64,000 nt of DNA from Bacteroidota bacterium (GTDB taxonomy: Bacteria; Bacteroidota; Bacteroidia; Bacteroidales; FEN-979), in contig VGGL01000001.1 of NCBI GenBank assembly GCA_016868575.1, forward strand, positions 20,995-84,994, given 5' to 3'. Position numbers and translations under genes: made by a program. This document shows, piece after piece, positions 47,935-56,605 of this stretch (position 1 is the first letter of the stretch; each line of letters opens with the position of its first letter). Under the pieces are notes generated by a model. The model searched no databases and had not been told where the DNA came from. It worked only from the letters and a program-made list of their open reading frames with translations.

Positions 47935-49179
47935 TTAATGGCTTTCCCTGAAAAACAAACAGCCATCGCCATAGCTTAAAAACCTGAAATCATGAGCCAT
48001 GGCATATTCGTACGCTTGCTTCCAGGAATCGCCGATGAATGAAGCAATGAGCAGGAGCAAGGTGCTTTGCGGAAGGTGAAAATTGGTGATCAGGCTGTCG
48101 GCAAACTTGTGTGAATAACCGGGAACGATGATGATCTCCGTTGAAAAATCAAGGTATTCCCGGTTGTTTCGATCAAGGTATTCCAGGAGGTTTTCAAGCG
48201 CTTGCCGGGGCGTTACCAGCGGTTTGGCATCATAAGGTTCCCATTGCATGACATGGGAGATCTCCGCATCAAATCCTTGTTGGAACAGTCTGTTGCCAAG
48301 CCAGTAAAGACTTTCGACGGATCGCAGCGTTGTCGTTCCAACAGCCATCAGGTGGCCCGGCAGGTGGCTGATCATCTGCTCCAGCAGGGACCTGGTGATG
48401 CGCACCTTTTCAGCATGCATGTCATGTCCGCCGATGGTTGGCGTACTCACCGGTTTAAAAGTGCCGGTCCCGACATGCAAGGTGACTTTTTCGATGCTGA
48501 AATGATGCGCTTTGATTTTTTCCAACAGGGCATCGGTGAAGTGCAAACCGGCTGTAGGGGCTGCGACACTACCTTCGAAGCGGGCATAGATGGTCTGGTA
48601 ACGCTGTTTATCGTCGGAAGTTGCTTTCCGTTTAATATAAGGAGGTAGCGGAGTAGCTCCGGCCATTTCCAGGATAGTTCCAAAGCTTACATTTGCAGGC
48701 AGCCATTCAAAGGTAATCCTCGCGGTGCCATCCGGGAAATGGTTGTTTTTTCCGGCTTGTAGAATCACAGCTCCGGTATCGTCCCGGATTTCCATTTCCA
48801 ACACTTCCTCTTTCCATCTCTTGGCATTTCCAACCAGGCATTTCCAGGTAGCTTTTCCAGTCTGGGCCATGGCTGTATTGAGTTCTCCATCAGGTTCCAG
48901 GCAAAACACCTCGATGCAGGTGCCTGTTTGCTTTCTGAAAAGGAGCCTTGCAGGGATCACACGGGTGTCGTTAACGATCATCAATCCGGCGGGAGGGAGG
49001 TGCTTGGTGAGATGGATGAATACATCTTCCCTGATCACCCCATCACGCACGATGAGTAATTTGGATGAATCCCTTTCCTTCAGTGGAAACTGGGCGATCC
49101 GCTCCGGCGGCAGATGATAATTGAAAGCTGATATCCTGATCTCTCTCGGGTCCATTCGGGTGTTTGTCCTTCCGCTCAC
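47935..49179 (-). CDS. queA: S-adenosylmethionine:tRNA ribosyltransferase-isomerase.
   Basis: FNYHLPPERIAQFP, ATPLPPYIKR, VAAPTAGLHFT. An alternative start is the ATG at 49155 (MDPREIRISAF). Confidence 0.9.
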   Translation of the reverse strand: MSGRTNTRMDPREIRISAFNYHLPPERIAQFPLKERDSSKLLIVRDGVIREDVFIHLTKHLPPAGLMIVNDTRVIPARLLFRKQTGTCIEVFCLEPDGELNTAMAQTGKATWKCLVGNAKRWKEEVLEMEIRDDTGAVILQAGKNNHFPDGTARITFEWLPANVSFGTILEMAGATPLPPYIKRKATSDDKQRYQTIYARFEGSVAAPTAGLHFTDALLEKIKAHHFSIEKVTLHVGTGTFKPVSTPTIGGHDMHAEKVRITRSLLEQMISHLPGHLMAVGTTTLRSVESLYWLGNRLFQQGFDAEISHVMQWEPYDAKPLVTPRQALENLLEYLDRNNREYLDFSTEIIIVPGYSHKFADSLITNFHLPQSTLLLLIASFIGDSWKQAYEYAMAHDFRFLSYGDGCLFFRESH

Positions 49180-49329
49180 ATTGATGAAGCAGGCTTCACT
49201 TTTCGGATTTGAAAAAGACGGGCTTCCAGGTCACCATCAGGTAGGCCCATTGCGGGAACTTGCTTTTCCCCGCTCCAAATATCCCAGGAAGGCATCTTGT
49301 ATCACGAACTTACCGGTAAGTTTTTCTCA

Positions 49330-51033
49330 TCATTGAATCTTAACCAGGCTTGTATTAACCACTTCATCACCTGCCGTTAACCTGCAGGAATAGAAGCCGG
49401 GGGAGACATCGGGTGCCAGCGTCACATGGTTATTTCCACGTTGGTGCATACCAATCTTGTTAGAGGAAACTACATTCCCGTAAACATCTATCAGATCAAC
49501 GCATACATCTTTGGGAAATGGCAGGAAGAAGCTGATTGTCAATCGATCCCGGAATGGATTGGGATAAACCTGCATCTTTATTTTCTTTTCAGCATAGGGA
49601 TCAATTCCTGTAATATCGGGCATAATGTAGCTGTAGTATACATCTTGTTCTCCGTTCAGGGTGTTTGCCCAGGCCAGGTGTGCGCCGTTGTTATCCGATT
49701 TCATATCGAAATAATCGCCCATCTTGTTCTGTTGTGGCCAGCCGACGTGCGGGTCAAAGGCATCCGACATGCGTTCATTTTCCGACCAGGTCACCCCCTG
49801 ATCAAGGGAATAGGAGTAATAGAGCGATGACATGTAGGATCCGGGTCCTCCGTCACGGGTATCCAGCCAAATAGCGTCAATTCTTCCGTTGGGCGCAACC
49901 GACATGGTTCCGAACCACTGATAGTTATTGGTTCCGACATCATCATTGATCCGGATGGGATTGTCCCAGGTCATACCGCCATCGGTGCTTCTGGCAAACA
50001 TCACATCGGCAGAATCATTAACGGAATATCTGACCACTGAGGAAAGGATGTATACATTGTCTCTTCCCGGGCCGTTGGAACGGTCTACGTCAATACTTGC
50101 CTGACCCAGCAAGCCAACAGGATTGATGGAGATTTGTGCCGTGATGTAGCCGTCAATGAAAACGTTGGAATAAAAATCCCAGTAAACCGGGATAACCGGA
50201 TTCGAAGCGGTTGTGGATTTAGCAACCACCACCCCGCCGGTCTCTCCCATCCCTACAATGTATAATTCGCCGTCATTGCCAACTGCCATGGTCCCCCAGT
50301 ATGGATTTCCAGAGACTTCGACACAATTCTCATAGCTGGCGCCGGTATTGATTGACCGGGTGAAATGCCCCGGATAGCAGATGCTGTAATATGAAGTCCA
50401 GAATGAATAGATGTGCCCACTGCCTGAACCGTTAGTCCGGTCGATGGTCATCCACTGCTTGTCTCCTCCCTGGGCTTCCACTCCCAAATCCCAGGTGGCT
50501 CCGCCATCCGAGGAACGGAATACCTTGCAGTGAAAACCTGTGACATCGGAGGTCAAACTGTTGTAATAGGCTGTTCCGTTGGCATCAAAATCAAGCACCG
50601 GATCGGATCTGAAAATGCCAGATTCAATGACCCCCGGAAATGTCCAGTTTTGCCCGGCATCAGTCGTATAGCCATATCCTGCCTGGCGGAAACTATTGGA
50701 AACAGTATAGAAATGCCGCCAACCGATCACCATCCTTGAAGGATTGGTTGGATCAACAGCAAGGGATGGCTCATTGGATGCATCTCCCACAATGTTCTGT
50801 CCATTGGCATCCACATTTACCTGGGTTGTAAAGATATCGGAACCCTTGTACTTCATGGCCGGAGAAGTTGGCGGGTTATCGGGAATGGCAGGCGCAACCA
50901 ATCCATCAGCCACTTCGTTATGAATGGAAAGATTCTTTTCCCTGAGGGTTGGAATATTTTGGCTTACCGACAGTGCCGGCAGCATCATCAGGATGCCGCA
51001 AATGGTCACTAAAATGAGGATTCGTGTTTTCAT
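49330..51033 (-). CDS. BNR-repeat (sialidase-like beta-propeller) secreted protein with a type-A T9SS C-terminal sorting domain.
   Basis: Signal peptide ...LSVS|QN. The SxDxGxTW repeats are SSDGGATW, STDGGMTW and SLDQGVTW, plus TTDAGQNW. The CTD reads VYPNPFRDRLTISF...NTSLVKIQ. Confidence 0.75.
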   Translation of the reverse strand: MKTRILILVTICGILMMLPALSVSQNIPTLREKNLSIHNEVADGLVAPAIPDNPPTSPAMKYKGSDIFTTQVNVDANGQNIVGDASNEPSLAVDPTNPSRMVIGWRHFYTVSNSFRQAGYGYTTDAGQNWTFPGVIESGIFRSDPVLDFDANGTAYYNSLTSDVTGFHCKVFRSSDGGATWDLGVEAQGGDKQWMTIDRTNGSGSGHIYSFWTSYYSICYPGHFTRSINTGASYENCVEVSGNPYWGTMAVGNDGELYIVGMGETGGVVVAKSTTASNPVIPVYWDFYSNVFIDGYITAQISINPVGLLGQASIDVDRSNGPGRDNVYILSSVVRYSVNDSADVMFARSTDGGMTWDNPIRINDDVGTNNYQWFGTMSVAPNGRIDAIWLDTRDGGPGSYMSSLYYSYSLDQGVTWSENERMSDAFDPHVGWPQQNKMGDYFDMKSDNNGAHLAWANTLNGEQDVYYSYIMPDITGIDPYAEKKIKMQVYPNPFRDRLTISFFLPFPKDVCVDLIDVYGNVVSSNKIGMHQRGNNHVTLAPDVSPGFYSCRLTAGDEVVNTSLVKIQ

Positions 51034-51037
51034 TTTT

Positions 51038-51045
51038 CAAAGGTA
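51038..51045 (-). promoter_or_regulatory. -7 promoter box (TACCTTTG on the minus strand) only 4 nt upstream of the BNR gene ATG.
   Basis: The reverse complement of CAAAGGTA is present. The spacing would imply a leaderless or near-leaderless mRNA. Confidence 0.35.
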
Positions 51046-51190
51046 CTAAATCCTTTTTACAAGACCTGCTGGTTTACGCAAACCAGGGCCTAGCCTGGAC
51101 GGCCACTGAAGTCCGGAAGAAAGGGATGAATACCAATGACGTTGACCGGCACATCAACAGCTGTCTGTTCATCACTGTTAACTGACACTG

Positions 51191-51481
51191 TCATTCTTCA
51201 TCCGCAATCAGGATCGTGTCACATTCCGCTCCAGCAAGGCGATACTTCAATATCTCCTGGTACTCCGGGGAATAATACCAGTCATCGAAATCGGCTTTTG
51301 AAGGAAAACGCAGCAGGACTGTACGGGTATAATTCCATTTTCCCTCCAGGATTACCGGCTGATCATCCCCGGCCAGGAATTCCCCTTTGTAGCGGTTGAA
51401 AACATCGTTGATCTTTTCCATGTACCTGGCGTACACTTTTTCATCCTTCATCCGGATATTGGCGATAAAATAATGGCTCAT
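51191..51481 (-). CDS. DUF1330 domain protein.
   Basis: MSHYFIANIRMKDEKVYARYMEK...LRFPSKADFDDWYYSPEYQ. The start was set at the internal ATG at 51481. Confidence 0.7.
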   Translation of the reverse strand: MSHYFIANIRMKDEKVYARYMEKINDVFNRYKGEFLAGDDQPVILEGKWNYTRTVLLRFPSKADFDDWYYSPEYQEILKYRLAGAECDTILIADEE

Positions 51482-51584
51482 GAATCGATTTGTATAATGT
51501 GAAAGCAAATATAAACAATAGATGATTGTTGCATTCACTTTTCTCATCAACTGTTTGCTGTTTGCTGATAACTCCATAATTCTC

Positions 51585-51592
51585 TAACTTTG
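51585..51592 (+). promoter_or_regulatory. -7 promoter box (TAACTTTG) for the M14 protease gene.
   Basis: TAnnTTTG match 34 nt upstream of the ATG at 51627. Confidence 0.5.
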
Positions 51593-51626
51593 CAGTCCTA
51601 TTTACCATTTTGATCCGTATTATCCC

Positions 51627-54239
51627 ATGAAAAATTGTCTCCTTTTGGCTTCGTTTTCCCTGTTATTCCTGTTTCCCATTCAGGCGCAAGATCAATCACT
51701 GAACCAGTATCCCTCCGGTGAAACCTATTTCACCTTCCTGCTGGGTTCAACGGCAGAGATTCACCAGCTTACCAAGGCTATTTCCATCGACCGGGTGAAA
51801 GGTGATTCAGTTTGGGCGTATGCCAATGAACTGCAGCTGATCAAATTTATGCAAAGAGGGATAGATTTCAAGGTTTTGCAGCATCCCGGCATCAATCCCG
51901 GTGCGGTCATGCGGGATTATACACAACCCCTTACCATCTGGAATTTCTACCCGACCTATTCTGCATACGAGACCTATATGGCTCAGTTTGCTACAACATA
52001 CCCGGCTATCTGCACAATGGAGACGATCACTACGCTTCCCAGCGGAAGAAAGCTTTTGGTAGTGAAAATATCCGATAATGTGAATAGCGAAGAAACGGAA
52101 CCTGAGTTCTTTTATACCTCTTCCATGCACGGTGATGAGACCACCGGCTACATCATGATGATGCACCTGATCGATTACCTGCTGACCAATTACGGAACGA
52201 ATACAGAAGTTACGGAACTGGTCAATAACCTGGAGATATGGATCAACCCGCTGGCGAATCCTGATGGAACCTACTATGGTGGGAATAATACCGTGAGCGG
52301 CGCCCGGCGCGGAAATGCCAACAATGTTGACCTGAACCGCAATTATCCCGATCCGGAGGATGGGCCACATCCTGACGGAAATGCCTGGCAACCCGAGACC
52401 ATTGCCTTCATGAATTTTGCCGGTCAGCACCATTTCACTGTTTCTGCCAATTTCCACGGTGGCGCTGAAGTCTTTAATTATCCCTGGGATACCTGGGCAA
52501 CCCTCCATGCCGATGACAATTGGTATTACTATATCGCCCGTGAATATGCCGACACCGTGCACCTGCATGCGCCGTCTACCTATTTTGATGACCTGAACAA
52601 CGGCGTTACCAATGGTTACGCCTGGTACGAAGTGGATGGCGGCCGTCAGGACTACATGAATTACTGGCACCATTGCAAGGAGTCGACCATTGAAATTTCC
52701 AATACCAAGAATCCTGCAGCGAGCATGTTGCTCACCTACTGGGATTACAACTGGCGCTCACTGATCCTGCTGATGAAACAGGCCAGGTATGGGATCCATG
52801 GGGTCATCACCGACCAGACGACGGGCAATCCTGTCGCTGCCAAAGTCTTTATCGCCGGCCACGACAACAACGGATCGGAGGTCTATTCCTCCGCCAACCT
52901 CGGCGATTACCACCGTCCGATCAAAGCAGGAACCTATACCCTGACCATCACCGCCGATTGTTATCAGCAACAGGTGATCAGCAATGTGGTTGTAACAGAT
53001 AAAAATACGGTGAATCAAAACATCCATCTTGTCCCCTTGTCCACCATGAACCCGGATTTTACTGCCGATAAAACGGTCGCAGGGATCGGAGAAACCGTTA
53101 CCTTTACCAGTACCGCCTGCTCAAATCCAACCGGCTACCTGTGGGCATTTGAGGGTGGAACCCCTGCCACAAGTACCCTGCAGAATCCATCCGTGGTCTA
53201 TGCTGCCACCGGATCCTATGACGTAACCCTTACCGTTACCAATGCCGGTGGGAGCCAGTCGATCACAAAAACCGACTATATTTTGATCAACCCACCGACA
53301 TATAACATGAGCAACTCCACGGTGAATGCCTGCTCCGGCATCTTCTATGATTCCGGCGGACCATCTTCCAACTATGCCAATAATCTGAATTACACCATGG
53401 TATTCAACCCAGGCTCACCCGATAACAACCTGCAATTCACCTTTACCGGTTTCAGCCTGGAATATCATTCCACTTGCAACTATGATTACCTGAAGATTTA
53501 CAATGGCAACAGTACATCAGCCCCATTGATCGGAACCTATTGCGGAACAACTTCACCCGGTACCGTTACTGCGAACAATACCACGGGGTCGTTGACCTTT
53601 GTGTTTAAGAGTGATTATTCTGTTACCGCATCCGGCTGGGTCGCTAACTTTACATGCATCCCGACAAGCAAAACCCTCAACCTGACTTTGTTGCTGGAGG
53701 GCTTGTTCAACGGAACCGGCATGAACAAAGCACAAAATGCATCCGGCGATCAATTTGCCGGGAACATCGCCGACCAGGTTACGCTAGAAATGCACAATGC
53801 CGCTTCCCCGTACGGAATTGTCGGTTCACCCTATACCCTGAATATGACTACAATCGGTACGGCAAGCCTGACATTGCCCGGAACATTTTCAGGATCCTAT
53901 TTCCTGGTGTTGAAACACCGCAACAGCATTGAAACGTGGAGTGCCAGCCCGGTCTCTTTCAGTAACCAGATTACTTCCTACGATTTCACTGATGCGGCAT
54001 CCAAAACATTTGGAAACAATGTCAAGACCATCAGTGGAAAATACCTTTTCTATTCCGGTGACGTCAACCTCGACGGAACCATCGACTCCAATGATCTGGG
54101 TAACATCGACAATGACTCCGGAGCATTCCTGATGGGTTACCTGCCCACCGACCTGAATGGAGATGGGATCATTGATTCCAATGACCTCGGCATGGCTGAC
54201 AACAATGCCGGCAGTTTCATTACAGTCCTGCAGCCCTGA
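51627..54239 (+). CDS. Secreted M14 zinc carboxypeptidase with PKD, CUB and dockerin-like C-terminal modules.
   Basis: Signal peptide ...PIQA|QD. Zinc motif SSMHGDETTG and a later FHGG. The PKD-like segment is FTADKTV...VTFTS...YDVTLTVTNAGG. The CUB-like segment is CSGIFYDSGGPSSNY...CNYDYLKIYNG...GTYCG...FKSDYSVTASGW. There are two dockerin/EF-hand repeats, DVNLDGTIDSNDL and DLNGDGIIDSNDL. Confidence 0.8.
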   Translation: MKNCLLLASFSLLFLFPIQAQDQSLNQYPSGETYFTFLLGSTAEIHQLTKAISIDRVKGDSVWAYANELQLIKFMQRGIDFKVLQHPGINPGAVMRDYTQPLTIWNFYPTYSAYETYMAQFATTYPAICTMETITTLPSGRKLLVVKISDNVNSEETEPEFFYTSSMHGDETTGYIMMMHLIDYLLTNYGTNTEVTELVNNLEIWINPLANPDGTYYGGNNTVSGARRGNANNVDLNRNYPDPEDGPHPDGNAWQPETIAFMNFAGQHHFTVSANFHGGAEVFNYPWDTWATLHADDNWYYYIAREYADTVHLHAPSTYFDDLNNGVTNGYAWYEVDGGRQDYMNYWHHCKESTIEISNTKNPAASMLLTYWDYNWRSLILLMKQARYGIHGVITDQTTGNPVAAKVFIAGHDNNGSEVYSSANLGDYHRPIKAGTYTLTITADCYQQQVISNVVVTDKNTVNQNIHLVPLSTMNPDFTADKTVAGIGETVTFTSTACSNPTGYLWAFEGGTPATSTLQNPSVVYAATGSYDVTLTVTNAGGSQSITKTDYILINPPTYNMSNSTVNACSGIFYDSGGPSSNYANNLNYTMVFNPGSPDNNLQFTFTGFSLEYHSTCNYDYLKIYNGNSTSAPLIGTYCGTTSPGTVTANNTTGSLTFVFKSDYSVTASGWVANFTCIPTSKTLNLTLLLEGLFNGTGMNKAQNASGDQFAGNIADQVTLEMHNAASPYGIVGSPYTLNMTTIGTASLTLPGTFSGSYFLVLKHRNSIETWSASPVSFSNQITSYDFTDAASKTFGNNVKTISGKYLFYSGDVNLDGTIDSNDLGNIDNDSGAFLMGYLPTDLNGDGIIDSNDLGMADNNAGSFITVLQP

Positions 54240-54253
54240 GAATAACCGGCGTT

Positions 54254-54658
54254 TTACTTCTGAATGTAGTCGGAAAGCGTATGTTCCTTCAGGAACTTCG
54301 TGAACCCCTCCGTCATTTCATGGATGATGTTATCTATGAAACATTTATCAAACGGGCAGATTTGATAATCCATCGGGCATTTTGAAATCTCCACCTTTCC
54401 TTCAATGATCTCATAAATATCAAGGAGAGATATTTGATCACCAGGCAGTTTTAGGAAAAAACCTCCGGAAGGCCCCCTTACGGAACGAAGAAAACCGCTC
54501 TTGACAAGCCGTTGCAACACTTTGCTGATATGATTCTTCGAAGCGCCGGTTTGTGAAGCAATGTTCACAACATTCATCGAACCCTCGTTGCGGGCAATCA
54601 ACACCATGCTGTGAATAGCAATGGAGGCCGCCTCTGATAATGAGAAGATTTTTGACAT
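54254..54658 (-). CDS. Rrf2 family transcriptional regulator, with a three-Cys putative Fe-S site.
   Basis: The wHTH region is ASQTGASKNHISKVLQRLVKSGFLRSVRGPSGG. The Cys cluster is KCPMDYQICPFDKC. The start was set at MSKIF because a -7 box lies at 54687-54694. Confidence 0.8.
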   Translation of the reverse strand: MSKIFSLSEAASIAIHSMVLIARNEGSMNVVNIASQTGASKNHISKVLQRLVKSGFLRSVRGPSGGFFLKLPGDQISLLDIYEIIEGKVEISKCPMDYQICPFDKCFIDNIIHEMTEGFTKFLKEHTLSDYIQK

Positions 54659-54686
54659 GAAGACCCTAAATAAGCAAATCAATACC

Positions 54687-54694
54687 CAAATGTA
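54687..54694 (-). promoter_or_regulatory. -7 promoter box (TACATTTG on the minus strand) for the Rrf2 gene.
   Basis: The reverse complement of CAAATGTA lies 28 nt upstream of the ATG at 54658. Confidence 0.45.
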
Positions 54695-54822
54695 GATATA
54701 TTTTTAATACTCCCGGAAAAATTCTTCTGAAATTGTTTTTTCAAAGAAATCATGTAAGTTTGTCGTCCCAAGATATTTACCCCTCCTCAATAACAAACAT
54801 TTTTCCCCATATTATTTTCGGT

Positions 54823-55626
54823 ATGACAAAACTGATCAACAGTCTGCAGAATCCGCTTGTTAAAAATATCCTCCTGTTACAGGAAAAACCAAGGGAACGG
54901 AAGCAACAAAACCTCATTGTCATTGAAGGATTCAGGGAGATCAGGCTGGCCATTTCTGCCGGATATACCTTGCAGGCACTGCTGTTCTGTCCCGATTTCA
55001 TTACCGACAATGAATTGTCGCAACTCACCTCACAATCTTATTCCTCATTTGAATCAGTAGAGATCAACCCTGAAGTCTTCAACAAGCTGGCTTACCGGAA
55101 AGAAACCGGGGGCGTGCTGGCATTGGCAACACCGAGGAAGATCCATTTTCGCGACATTCCACCTCGGCCGAAACCCCTCGTGCTTGTATTGGAAACCGTG
55201 GAAAAGCCCGGCAACCTGGGCGCTATGCTTCGCACCGCCGATGCTGCCAACATGGACGCCGTGGTCATATGTGATCCACAAACCGATATCTTTAATCCGA
55301 ATGCGATCCGGGCATCCATTGGATGCATCTTCACCATGCCGGTTGTCATCAGCAGCAACCAGGAAACCTTGCAATGGCTTCGCAACAACCGGATCAAGAT
55401 GTTTGCCACTGCCTTGACAGCCCATCGCTTTTACCATGAAACCGATTTCCGCAGTCCCTCAGCCTTCATTATGGGATCGGAAGCTTATGGCCTCAGCGAT
55501 TATTGGCTGGATGAAGCGGATGAACTGATCAAGATCCCGATGATGGGAAAAATCGACTCGATGAATGTTTCGGCGTGCGCAGCAGTGGTGATCTACGAAG
55601 CCATGCGGCAACGCAACTTCCGCTAA
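54823..55626 (+). CDS. TrmH/SpoU family RNA 2'-O-methyltransferase.
   Basis: LQNPLVKNILLL is an N-terminal substrate-binding-domain-like segment. SpoU motifs VLETVEKPGNLGAMLRTADA, FIMGSEAYGLS and IPMMGKIDSMNVS are present. A TAAGTTTG box lies at 54755-54762. Confidence 0.8.
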   Translation: MTKLINSLQNPLVKNILLLQEKPRERKQQNLIVIEGFREIRLAISAGYTLQALLFCPDFITDNELSQLTSQSYSSFESVEINPEVFNKLAYRKETGGVLALATPRKIHFRDIPPRPKPLVLVLETVEKPGNLGAMLRTADAANMDAVVICDPQTDIFNPNAIRASIGCIFTMPVVISSNQETLQWLRNNRIKMFATALTAHRFYHETDFRSPSAFIMGSEAYGLSDYWLDEADELIKIPMMGKIDSMNVSACAAVVIYEAMRQRNFR

Positions 55627-55629
55627 TGA

Positions 55630-56502
55630 TTAGTATTGCTCATCTTTCTTCCCCGGCTTCAGGAAATTTTTTGGCAATGTTGCTTCGATCATGATCTTCT
55701 TCGATGTGAAGGGATGTACAAATGAAAGACGGATAGCAAATAAGCGGATTTGCCGGACGACCGAGGCATTGGCTCCATAACGCCGGTCACCAACAATCGG
55801 ACAGCCCAGACTCACCAGGTGAACACGGATCTGGTTCTTCTTTCCGGTCTCCAGTTTTACCTCAACTTGAGAAAACTCATCCCATTCCTGAATAACTTTG
55901 AAATGGGTGATAGCCAGTTGAGCGCCTTCTTCTTCTTTTGTCACATACACCTTTTGATTGGCATCTTCTTTCAGCCAGGTCTTGATGGTCCCGGCTTTCT
56001 TCGGCACTTTTCCCTCCACCAGCGCGCAGTAGGTCTTGTCAACCTGTTTCCAGGCCTCCTTGATCTTCATCTGCGCCAGTTGGGTCCGGGCAAACAGCAA
56101 GATGCCGGCCACTTCCCGGTCGAGCCGGTGGACGACAAAAACCTGTTCATGGCCTTTTGACCGTTTCCGGACAAACTCCTGCAGGAGGGCATGGCAATTG
56201 GAATCTTTCTCCTGTTCGGTTGGGACAGAAAGCAGTCCGGCTGGTTTCAGACAGGCCAGGTAGTAGTCATCCTCGAACAGGATCGGCAGGGGCGGCTCAG
56301 TTTTCACGGCAGTCCCCCGGTGGCGAGTATATTCCACCTTGCTTCCCTTGCTGACCATGGCAGCCGGATTGGTCTCCTTTCGCCCATTGACGGTCAACCC
56401 TCCGTGCACAATGATCTTTTTCGCCGACGATTTCGACATCCCCGGAAAAGCATTGATTAACACATCCAGCAACAACTCCTCCTTCTTAACTTCAATATGC
56501 AT
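55630..56502 (-). CDS. RluA family pseudouridine synthase with an N-terminal S4-like domain.
   Basis: The catalytic motif HRLDREVAGILLFA is present. The ATG at 56502 (MHIEVKK) is preferred over the GTG at 56511. Confidence 0.85.
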   Translation of the reverse strand: MHIEVKKEELLLDVLINAFPGMSKSSAKKIIVHGGLTVNGRKETNPAAMVSKGSKVEYTRHRGTAVKTEPPLPILFEDDYYLACLKPAGLLSVPTEQEKDSNCHALLQEFVRKRSKGHEQVFVVHRLDREVAGILLFARTQLAQMKIKEAWKQVDKTYCALVEGKVPKKAGTIKTWLKEDANQKVYVTKEEEGAQLAITHFKVIQEWDEFSQVEVKLETGKKNQIRVHLVSLGCPIVGDRRYGANASVVRQIRLFAIRLSFVHPFTSKKIMIEATLPKNFLKPGKKDEQY

Positions 56503-56510
56503 ACTAACCA

Positions 56511-56600
56511 CTGATAACTGATAACTGATAACTGATAATTGATAACTGATAATTGATAATTGATAATTGATAACTGATAATTGATAATTGATAATTGATA
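56511..56600. repeat. Heptanucleotide tandem repeat (YTGATAA), about 12.9 copies.
   Basis: Counted directly: CTGATAA x4, then an interleaved TTGATAA/CTGATAA run. The array fills essentially the whole gap between the polA stop (56606) and the rluA-like start. Confidence 0.95.
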
Positions 56601-56605
56601 CCTGC

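Noticed and set aside
56511-56600. Whether the repeat array is a CRISPR or a DnaA-box cluster (origin).
   Set aside because: The units are 7 nt and directly abutting, with no spacers, so it is not a CRISPR. TTATCAR only partially resembles the 9-mer DnaA box TTATCCACA, and no dnaA or dnaN gene or AT-rich unwinding element lies nearby.
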